Source: Octopus sinensis
Taxonomy: Eukaryota
Assembly (NCBI RefSeq): GCF_006345805.1
Contig: NC_043004.1
Location: forward strand, 90,644,001-90,708,000
DNA: 64,000 nucleotides
Direction: 5' to 3'
Position 1 is the first letter of the stretch. Every line of letters begins with the position of its first letter. Shown one piece after another: positions 23,820 through 33,525 of the stretch. Position numbers and translations under genes: made by a program. Below the pieces are notes generated by a model. It was given only the letters and a program-made list of their open reading frames with translations, searched no databases and was not told the DNA's origin.

Positions 23820-26800
23820 ATGAAATCTGCCAAATGCAAGCTTTCTTTTCAGGTACATGACACTGCTGTCCCTCGTCCCAGGGTCTCTGATGCCCACACC
23901 TCCCAAACCCTCAGAGTTGGCACGCTCAACGTTGGCACATTGAAGGTAGGTCTGGAGAGATTGTAGAGCTGCTTGAACGGAGACGTGTGGATGTATGCTG
24001 TATCCAGGAAGTAAGGTGGAGAGGAGGTTCTGCTAGGCTCCTCACGGGCAAGGAACACAGGTACAAGATTTTCTGGGCAGGGAACATTGACGGTGTCGGG
24101 GGCGTGGGTATACTTCTCGCGGAGAAATGGATAGGTAAGGTAATCGAGGTAGTCAGAATAAGTGACAGAGTAATTAAAATTAGATTAGTTCTTCACCATA
24201 GGACAACTACCATCATCTCGGCATATGCCCCTCAACCAGGGCTACCGGAAGGACAAAAAGACCATTCTATGACACCCTATTGCGGACTACCTCATTGACA
24301 AATGACAGTGACCTTCTCTTCGTGGCAGGTGATTTCAATGGACATGTTGGACGACATGTCAGGGGCTTCCATGGCATCCATGGAGGCCACGGTTTTGGCT
24401 CTCGAAATGAGGAGGGAACCAGGCTGCTGGAGTTCTGCGATGCAAATGACCTTATGGTCTGCAATACCCACTTCAGGAAACCCACCTCTCACCTAGTCAC
24501 CTACCGTTCTGGCAGACACACCAGCCAGATTGACTACATCCTTGCCAGAAAAAGGGAAAGAGGGCTGATTATAAATGCCAAAACCTTCCCAGGCGAAGAA
24601 TGTACTCCCCAACATAGATTAGTAGTTAGCGACTTCAGGATCAGAGCTAAATGGTCGCCCAGAAGAAGACCAGCTTGGAGGAGAAGGGTCTGGAAGCTTA
24701 AAGATCCTGCAAATGCACAGAGATTTAGAGACATACTACTCGAAGCCTCTGACGAAATAGAAGGGGATATAGCTTCACTTAATGTGGAAGACAACTGGAG
24801 ATTCCTACGGGACAATCTGCTGACAGCCACTGACCAGATCTGTGGATGGAGCAAAGTACCATCTCGACCCAGAGTAACATGGTGGTGGAACACGGTGGTT
24901 GACGGGGCTATTAGACAAAAGAGACAGGCTTGGAAGGACTGGAAGAACGGTGGTAGCAGGGAATTGTATCAGACAGCCAAAAGGGAAGCTAGGAGACAGG
25001 TTTATATAGCCAGAGGGGAAGCGGATAAGAAAAAATTTGCCAATGTTCTGAGCCGTGAGGATGAAAGACTTGAGGTATTTCGTGTTGCAAGACAGTGTGT
25101 GAGAGAGAATCGTGATGTGGTAGGAGAGAAGTGTGTTCGCATGGATGATGGTTCACTTGCGCTAAATGAGGATGCAAAGAGAGAGGTTTGGAGATGCCAC
25201 TATGAAAGTTTGCTGAATAAAGAAAATGAATGGGATAAAGAGAGTCTGCCAAATGTTGACCCAACAGAGGGACCAGCTATCCGAGTTGATAGTTCCGTAG
25301 TAGCTAAGGCAGTTAGGAGCATGAAGACAGGGAAAGCCCCAGGCCCATCAGGAATTACTGCAGAGATGCTCAAAATATCTGGCAGTGTCGGCTATAACCT
25401 AGTCACCCGTATAGTCAACCAGGTGATACACGAAGGAGTCATACCCAATGACTGGTGTAGCAGCATACTAGTCAACTGCTACAAAGGTAAAGGTGATGCC
25501 CTGGATACAAATAATTACAGAGGTATCAAGCTGTTGGATCAGGTAATGAAGGTTACGGAGAGGGTCTTAGCCCAACTAATTAGAGAGAGAGTTAGTTTAG
25601 ATGAGATGCAGTTTGGGTTTGTCCCAGGGAAAAGCACCACTGATGCTATATTCCTGGTAAGGCAGCTGCAGGAGAAATACCTAGCCAAGGATAAGCCCCT
25701 GTACCTGGCTTTTGTTGACATGGAGAAAGCCTTTGATAGGGTCCCCCGATCCCTCATCTGGTGGTCAATGAGGAAACTAGGGATAGATGAATGGCTGGTG
25801 AGGGCTGTGCAAGCCATGTACAGAGATGCCGTAAGTAAGGTTAGAGTTGGCAACATGTACACAGAAGAATTCAAAGTAGAGGTTGGGGTCCACCAGGGTT
25901 CAGTACTCAGCCCCCTCCTATTTATCATAGTCCTCCAGGCAATAACGGAGGAATTCAAGACCGGTTGCCCCTGGGAGCTCCTCTATGCTGACGACCTCGC
26001 TCTAATCGCTGAGTCACTATCAGAACTGGAGGAGAAGTTCCAGGTGTGGAAGGAGGGTTTAGAATCGAGGGGCCTTAGAGTCAACCTAGCTAAAACCAAA
26101 GTACTAATAAGTAGAAAGGTAGAAAACCCACAAATATCATCAGGAAGATGGCCCTGTTCGATCTGTAGAAAAGGTGTAGGTAGAAACTCTATAAGATGTA
26201 CCCAGTGTAAGCTATGGACACATAAGAGGTGCAGCAATGTCAAAGGTAGGCTAACTGGGAAGATAGTTTTTGTATGTGGCAGGTGCTCTGGAGCACTGAC
26301 CTCCGAAAATCTGCAGAAAACAACTTCTGTCACTTTCCGGGGGGAAAAACTAGAAGTAGTTGATAGTTTCCGCTATCTAGGTGACCAAGTCAGTAGTGGG
26401 GGTGGGTGCGCTGAAAGTGTAACTGCTAGAATAAGAATAGCCTGGGCAAAGTTTAGGGAGCTCTTACCTCTGCTGGTGACTAAAGGCCTCTCGCTCAGAG
26501 TAAAAGGCAGACTGTATGATGCATGTGTACGAACAGCTATGCTACATGGCAGTGAAACATGGGCCGTGACTGCTGAGGACATGCGTAAGCTCGTGAGGAA
26601 CGAAGCCAGTATGCTCCGATGGATGTGTAATGTCAGTGTACTTACTCGACAGAGCGTTAGTACCTTGAGAGAAATGTTGTACCTAAGAAGCATCAGTTGT
26701 TGTGTGCAAGAGAGACGATTGCGCTGGTATGGTCATGTGGCGAGAATGGATGAAGAGAGGTGTGTGAGAAAGTGCCAATCCCTAGCAGTTGAGGGAACCC

Positions 26801-26937
26801 GTGGAAGAGGTAGACCCAGGAAAACCTGGGACGAGGTGGTGAAGCACGACCTTCGGACGTTAGGTCTCACCATGGAAATGACTAGAGACCGAGACCTATG
26901 GAAGTATGCTGTGCGTGAGAAGACCCGGCAAGACTAG
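23820..26937 (+). pseudogene. RTE ORF: apurinic endonuclease + reverse transcriptase + PHD-like finger, ~1039 aa when reconstructed; two -1 frameshifts
   Basis: ATG at 23820 (MKSAK...LRVGTLNVGTLK), 1-nt loss near 23945, then CCIQEVRW...SAYAPQ, 1-nt loss near 24266, then an open 885 codons with AGDFNGHVG, QIDYIL, YRGIKLL, QFGFVPGKSTTDAIF, FVDMEKAFDRVPR, GVHQGSVLSPLLF, YADD, SFRYLG; stop at 26935-26937. Confidence 0.93.
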
Positions 26938-27138
26938 TGAAGCCATAATCCATGCCCCTACCTGGGACGTAGTCAGTCCACCTGTGCATACCTTCCTTCT
27001 TGTGACACTTGTGAAGACCTGTTGAGGCAAGTGAGAATCGAATCGAATCGTATCAAATCAAATCGAACCAAATCAAAATAGATGAACATCAATGGAATTT
27101 GTATCCTTGTGGTACCAGTGCCGGTGGCACATAAGAAA

Positions 27139-27584
27139 ACCATCCGAACGTGACCGTAGCCAGTACCGCAATGACTGGCCTCCGTGCTGAGGGCACGTAA
27201 CAAACACCATCCGAGCGTGGCCGTCCGCCAGCCTCGTCTAGCACCTGTGTCGGTGACACATAAGAAAACACCATCCGAGCGTGGCCGTCTGCCAGCCTCG
27301 TCTGGCACCTGTGTCGGTGGCACATAAAAAACACCATCCGAGCGTGGCCGTCTGCCAGCCTCGTCTGGCACCTGTGTCGGTGGCACATAAAAAAAAACAC
27401 CATCCGAGCGTGGCCGTCTGCCAGCCTCGTCTGGCACCTGTGTCGGTGGCACATAAAAAACACCATCCGAGCGTGGCCGTCTGCCAGCCTCGTCTGGCAC
27501 CTGTGTCGGTGGCACATAAAAAACACCATCCGAGCGTGGCCGTCTGCCAGCCTCGTCTGGCACCTGTGTCGGTGGCACATAAAA
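27139..27584 (+). repeat. Tandem array in the RTE 3' UTR: one divergent unit plus six near-identical 63-66 nt units
   Basis: Unit A(5-9)CACCATCCGAGCGTGGCCGTCTGCCAGCCTCGTCTGGCACCTGTGTCGGTGGCACAT; CACCAT starts at 27205, 27269, 27332, 27398, 27461, 27524; length varies only in the A tract. Confidence 0.95.
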
Positions 27585-27760
27585 TCACCCACTACACTCT
27601 CGGAGTGGTTGGCGTTAGGAAGGGCATCCAGCTGTAGAAACACTGCCACATCTGACTGGCCTGGTGCAGCCTTCGGGCTTCCCAGACCCCAGTTGAACCG
27701 TCCAACCCATGCTAGCATGGAAAGCGGACGTTAAACGATGATGATGATGATGATGATGAT

Positions 27761-27925
27761 ACGACGGGCTTCTTTCAGTTTCCGTCTACCAAATCCACTC
27801 ACAAGGCTTTGGTCGGCCCGAGGCTATAGTAGAAGACACTTGCCCAAGGTGCCACGCAGTGGGACTGAACCCGGGACCATGTGGCTGATAAACAAGCTAC
27901 TTACCACACAGCCACTCCTGCGCCT
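27761..27925 (-). mobile_element. CORE-type SINE 5' half (split by the RTE)
   Basis: ACGACGGGCTTCTTTCAGTTTCCGTCTACC...CCACACAGCCACTCCTGCGCCT matches 62017-62181. Confidence 0.85.
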
Positions 27926-28419
27926 AGGGTTTCAGTTCAATGGAATATATCTTGTCTACTAATGTAAGAATTTTTTATTGCTAAGTTTAGTGACAGGGTG
28001 GCAGAAAACAGCAATTGGCAATAGTAATGCTTTAGAGTATTTATTTAATCTTGTCAGTCTTTGTTTTAAGATCTCACAGCAATCAGATTTTGTTTTTCAT
28101 TCCTCTGGTATCTGTAAAATAAATATCAAATATGCACTAGTGTTGATGCAGTGGGCTACACTACTTTCTGAGAAAGATTTCTAGTGTGTGAAATTAATAT
28201 TAGCTCTGGACATGGAAGATATCTTTTCTTTACCCACTAGCCTTTTTACCTACACCTCCTGCTTGGTGACATCGACTCAGTTTGATTAGGGCAAGCTGTA
28301 TCTTCTCTTTATAAAGCAGTAGTAGCAAAACTTCATTTGAGAGTAGTTGATCTATGATATTTCGGTTGTGTATGGATTGACTTTATCTTTCATATATGTG
28401 TTGATGAAATATGTTTGCA

Positions 28420-28580
28420 TATCAGTTGTTGTTGCTTAACCCCAGCTTGGCAGAGCTATGATGAAAGAGGTTTCAGATGTGAACATACATTCTGTCATTT
28501 TTTTTCAGATCTACAATGTGTCCTTCCATTTTTAGATGGTAGGATGTAATTTGGAGGAAGATTTGGCTTCTATTTCTACC
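28420..28580 (-). repeat. Old interspersed repeat family (TAGAAATAGCAGCCAAATCT...GGACACATTG)
   Basis: Related degenerate copies at about 4410-4590, 16090-16170, 21900-22050 and 38800-38990. Confidence 0.5.
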
Positions 28581-29031
28581 AAGACTTCTTTACTAGCTCA
28601 TCAAATATTAACAAATATTAGTGTGTACTATAGTCGATTCTCAGTACTGCAAGATAATAAAACTACTTGGTTTATTCTTACAGTACCACTACTATTTACA
28701 GCTATAAATTGTGCTGTTCTAAAATACCACGTTACAACTAGTTAGGCATGACCATTTAAAAATCTAGCCTCTTAACCATAGAGGCAACACTGTCAGTGAC
28801 AGTACACTATTGTTAATTTATCAGACAGCTAGCCCAAAATTATGTTAATTTGTCTAACTAGAGCAGTGTATATATGTGTATGTGAAGATATATACAGTGT
28901 GCACCACAGCGTATCATTTAAACCTGGTTTCCAGTTTTCAATATGAATTTGTAATGGCCATCCTATCCATGTTAGTATAGACAAACAACTGTGAGTGTAA
29001 CAGTAAATGAGTATGTGATTATACCAATATA

Positions 29032-29087
<56 letters not shown>

Positions 29088-29275
29088 AACAAAATGTCTT
29101 TTCCGTTTTCGTTCTGTTGATTTTTTCGTCTTCCTGTGATGTCCTGTACGTATATATATTTATATATGCATGTATATATACATGTAGATGTCCTGTACGT
29201 ATATATATTTATATATGCATGTAGATGTCGGTATGTACATATATGTTTGTATGTATGCATATATTTTATTTATTA

Positions 29276-29309
<34 letters not shown>

Positions 29310-29463
29310 AATATTAGGGAATAAATCCAAACTTACAGGGAAAAATCAGATTTAGGATTGAATCCAATTTTATAGTAAAATATTATATTATATTAAATTA
29401 GATTTAATTATAATTATATTATATTAAATTGATTTGCATAATAGTGGTTTTGTCTCTAATTTA

Positions 29464-29498
<35 letters not shown>

Positions 29499-29501
<3 letters not shown>

Positions 29502-29637
29502 GGAGTAAACACATAAATGTGAAACAAGGTGGAAAAAGAGTACTAAATACCAGGGGTAGAGTAATATGCTTTATTTCAAAGCAGCAGCAGAAGTTCAACA
29601 AAACCTGTTACTCTGAGTTTCACGTTCCCGTTCGTCG
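29499..29637 (-). mobile_element. Penelope-like terminal repeat fragment between two (TA)n tracts
   Basis: Contains a hammerhead remnant followed by AAATAAAGCATATTACTCTACC; homologous fragment at 62628-62736. PLE assignment is inferred from the hammerhead. Confidence 0.55.
29604..29636 (-). ncRNA. 5'-truncated minimal type I hammerhead ribozyme
   Basis: Minus strand GACGA-ACG(GGAA)CGT-GAAA-CTC(A)GAG-TA-ACAGG: core remnant, stem II, GAAA, near-palindromic stem III, UA cleavage site. The CU of CUGA and the stem I 5' strand are lost at the (TA)n junction. Confidence 0.6.
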
Positions 29638-30428
29638 ATATATATATATATATATATATGTACTAGCAGTCATTGATTAGGTAATTACCTTTACTGTTTT
29701 TCGGGCCGAGAAGCTAGAAAAATAGGTATATCATGTAGAAGAATAGCTTTACGGAATCCAGTTGACTGCAATGATGCTGAAAAGGTTGCCAGTCAAGTGG
29801 GGCATCACTGTACATATAGAAAAAGCATTGCATGTTGTGCATTTGTTTGGTGTTTGCATTTTGATGATCTTTTTTTTAGGAGACATTTTTTTGATTAGGA
29901 ATATCAGTAAGTAATAGTGAAAGGAAATTACAAATGCTATGTCCTGTAAGTGTTAATGCTGAAATTCCAATGATTTATTACAGGAATGGTAGGTAAGGCA
30001 ACAGTAAGTAACAGTCCAATGAAATTACAAATGCTGTGTTCTGTCAGTCAGATTTAGGTTTACTCGTCCTGTATGTGTGTATTAGATAAGAGTAAAACAT
30101 GTCATAATTGAAGTAGAAAAAAGATGGATTTCATATATGAACTTCTATTTGTTCTTCCAGTTGCATTCCAGCAACTTTTAGTGTTTGGTTCTGACTTTTA
30201 TTAATGCTCATGGCAAAAGAAACTGTAAGGGCTTAAATTTGAATGGGACTAGATGGTATAACTGGTATGTGAGGAACGAAGACGGTGTCACGTTTACCAC
30301 AACCAGTGAGAATATTTGCCTCAACACATAGGTTTGTGCACAATTAGTGTTGCCTCCCTTGAACCATTTACTTGCACTTTATGGGACAATCACACGCAAA
30401 TGGACAGAATCTCTCTCTTATAAATATA

Positions 30429-31691
30429 TCAGGTCATCCCATAAGTTCTGTCCAAATTTTAAATAAAGAAAACAAGTGATCAAATGTTATATTTAATTGA
30501 AATTTAATCATCAATGTACTTTCCCTGATTATCTATGACTTCCTTCCATCTGTTTACAAGCTTTTTAATCCCATCAATGTAAAACTCTTTCGGTTTCAAA
30601 GCGAAGAACTCTGAAATGTCAGTTTCAACCTCCTCCTGGCTTGCGAAAGTTATGTCCCCCAAATGATTCTATTATGAAACAAATGGTAGTCTGAAGGAGC
30701 AAGGTCGGGAGAAAAAGGTGGATAAGGAATTTTTTCCCAACCAAGCTCTTCAATCTTCTGTGATGTGATCTTTGCAGTGTGGGTTCACGCATTGTCCTAA
30801 TAAAACATTGCTCCTTTTCGATTCACTAAAGTGAGTCTTTTTTCTTCAAAGCTTGGTTCAAACGCTCTAATTGCTGACAGTAGACTTGAGCATTAATTGT
30901 TGCATTAGGTGGTGACAATTCAAAGTGAATTACTCCTTTGCAATCCCACCAGATAGAGAGAAGAACCTTTTTTCCATGAAGTTCCCTTCTCGGTTGTGGT
31001 TGAGCTTTTTCCCTTTTAACAAGCCACTGTTTATGACATTTAACATTTCGATAGAAGATCCATTTCTCGTCACCAGTCACAAGTCTATTCAAAATGGGTG
31101 AAATGAGTTCGTGAGAATGGAGAGAAGAGCAGATGTCAACTCGGGATTTGCGGTTGCTTTTGGACAATGCATGAGACACCCATTTTCCAAGTTTAGGAAC
31201 CTTTCCAAGTTGTTGAAGATGATGATGAACTAAGTTTATTGCCAATTCTTCAACTGATAATGCAGGAATTTTCTCCAAGTAATGCCTCAAGGAGTTTATC
31301 ATCAAACTCAACTGGACATCCTGTTTGATCTTCATCTTCAAGGCTGAAATCTCCACTTCCGAATTTTGAAAACCATCTTCTGCAAGTTCTTTCATTCAAG
31401 CATTCTTTCCCATAAACTGAGTTTGTTTTGAGTCACTTCGGCTGCAGAGTTTCCTTTTTTGTACTCTTAAGCATTATGTGCCTCAAGTACTCTTTGGATA
31501 CTTCCATATTAGAAAGGGTTTTAATTAAAGAAATTTTAATTCTATTATTCTGTAAAATAATATTCAATTAGTTTAAATGTACACAAAGGCATAAAAATAG
31601 TTTTTAATTCCATTAGACATTCTAAAATACTATTAAATTTCATTCAGTTTTAAAAAAGGTAAAATTGGACAGAACTTATGGGATGACATGA
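30429..31691 (-). mobile_element. Full-length mariner (DD34D) element, 1263 bp, inactive transposase (about 31507 to 30504)
   Basis: 27-bp TIRs TCAGGTCATCCCATAAGTTCTGTCCAA (30429-30455; 31665-31691, 1 mismatch); left TA intact, right flank CA. MEVSKEYLRHIML...RTCRRWFSKF.SGDFSLED, GKWVSH, VTGDEKW, DNA-(34 aa)-SPDLAPSDYHLF, ...GKYIDD*; several stops and frameshifts. Confidence 0.92.
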
Positions 31692-31702
31692 CATATAGAT
31701 AT

Positions 31703-33200
31703 ATCATCATCATTATTTAAAGTCTGCTTTCCATGCTGGTATGGGTTGGACAGTTTGATTGAGGACTGGCAGCATCAGGCTCCAGTCTGATCTGGCAAGG
31801 TTTCTACAGCTCGATGCTCTTCCTAATGCCAACCACTCCAAGAGTGTAGTGGGTGCTTCTTACGTACTACTGGCATGGGGGCCAGTCTGGCAGCACTGGC
31901 ATCAACCATGTTCGAATGGTGCTTATTATGTGCCACCAGTTCAGGAGCCAGTCCGGTGGCACTGGCATTGACCATGCTCAAATGGTGCTTTTTACGTGTC
32001 ACTGGCATGGGTGCGAGTCAGCTGGTACTGGTATTGACAACAATTTCACTTGACTCAACAGGTCTGCTCAAGTACAGCATATTGCCCGATGATTGAAGGG
32101 TGCTCTTAAATGGGCTGGTTATGCAACATTGGCATAAGCCACAGCTATGATCTCACTTGGCTTGCTGGGTCTTCTCAAGCACATCATATCCCCAAAGGTT
32201 TCAGTCGTTTGTCATTGCCTCTGAGAGGCCCAACGTTTGAAGGTTGTGCTTCACCACCTCATCCCAGGTCTTTTTGGGTCTATATCTTCCACAGCTTCCC
32301 TCCACTGTTAGGGTGTGACACTTCTTCACACAGCTGTCCTCATCCATTCGTAACACATGACCATACCAATGCAGTCGTCTCTCTTGCATACCATATCTGA
32401 TGCTTCTTATATCCAGTTTCTCTCAGGGTGCTTACACTGTTGTGTATGTACACTGACATTACACATCCAGTGGAGCATACTACATTTCTTTCAAGTCTGT
32501 GCATGTCCTCAACAGTCACAGCCCATGTTTCACTGCCATGTAGCATGGCTTTTCACACTCATGTGTCATACAATCTACCTCTCACTCTGAGAGAGAGGCC
32601 CTTTGTTAACAGCAGAGGTAGGAACTCACTGAACTTTGCCCAGGCTATTCTTATTCTAGCAGCTACGCTCTCAGAGCATCCACCCATGCCACTGACTTGG
32701 TCACCTAGATAATGAAAGCTATCAACTACTAGTTTTTCCCTCTGGCATGTGATGGAAGCTGTTTTGTGCACATTTTCAGTGTTTATTATTCCTGTGCATT
32801 TGTCATACACAAAAACTATCTTCCCAGTTAACCTTCCTTTGACATTGCCGCGCCTCTTATGTGTCCATAGCTTACATGGGTACATCTTATGGGAGTTTCT
32901 ACTTACGCCTTTTCTATGGATTGAGCAGGACCATCTACCTGAAGGGATTTGTGATTTGTCTGTCTTCCTACTTACTAAGACTTTGCTTTTTGGTAGATTG
33001 ACTCTAGAGCCCTTTGATTCTAGCTAGACCTTGATTCCACACCTGGAACTTCTCTAGATCTGGTAGTGACTCAGCTATTAGAGCAAGGTCATCAGCATAG
33101 AGGAGCTCCTTGGGCATCCTGTCTTGAATTCCTTTGATATTGCCTGGAGGACTATGATGAATAACAGGGGCTGAGGACTGATCCTTGGTGGACCCTTACA
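31703..33200 (-). mobile_element. 5'-truncated, decayed copy of the same RTE family
   Basis: Minus-strand fragments match the 24-27 kb ORF: GVHQGSVLSP region near 33190, LYADD near 33100, CKLWTHKR..NVKGRLTGKIVFV, DSFHYLGDQ, LHGSETWAV, RRLHWYGHVLRMDEDSCVKKC; degenerate 3' UTR units and an (ATC)n tail at 31703. Confidence 0.9.
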
Positions 33201-33396
33201 CACATAATGGGCTTCATTCAGTTTCTATCTTCCAAATACTAAATCACAAGGCCTTGGTCAGCCAAGGGCTATAGTAGAAGACACTCGCCCAAGCTGCATG
33301 CAGTGGAACTGAACCTGAAACCATGTGGGTGGGGAAGAAAACTTCTTAACTATAGCTATGCCTGCAACTTTATACACAAAGAGACATATGTACATA

Positions 33397-33525
33397 GGTG
33401 CTTTCCACATGACACTGGCATGGGTGTTTTTCTTTATGTGATACTGACATGAATGCTTTTTATGCAGCACCAGCATGGGTGCTTTTTATGTGACACAAAC
33501 GTGGATGCTTTTCATGTGGCACTTG
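33397..33525 (-). repeat. Degenerate ~26-nt tandem units related to the RTE 3' UTR hairpin-2/A-tract module
   Basis: Five units resembling GGTGCTTTTTATGTGNCACTGGCATG starting near 33397, 33423, 33452, 33478, 33503. Confidence 0.6.

Larger units (their letters stand above)
23621..27760 (+). mobile_element. Full-length RTE-clade non-LTR retrotransposon (LINE), ~4.1 kb
   Basis: Both flanks are the two halves of one SINE, which fixes the ends. About 200 nt 5' UTR, single APE+RT ORF, ~820 nt 3' UTR ending CCAACCCATGCTAGCATGGAAAGCGGACGTTAAAC(GAT)8. Single-ORF layout and a C-terminal RWYGHVARM...GRGRPRKTWDEVV...RDLWK block are RTE-like. Confidence 0.92.

Noticed and set aside
24534-26693. Antisense ORFs of 91-139 aa overlapping the RTE ORF
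   Set aside because: Shadow frames of a GC-richer coding sequence, with no recognisable motifs.
27205-27268. HDV-like ribozyme in the array unit (GCC-TCGTCT-GGC resembles P3/L3)
   Set aside because: No complementary P1 strand or P2/P4/J4-2 arrangement could be fitted by eye.
27205-27584. CRISPR array
   Set aside because: Units are contiguous near-identical repeats without unique spacers, sit in a LINE 3' UTR in eukaryotic DNA, and have no cas genes nearby.
26973-27718. Repetitive ORFs of 116-209 aa over the array
   Set aside because: They are translations of the 63-nt (multiple of 3) tandem unit on several frames; the frame shifts with A-tract length.
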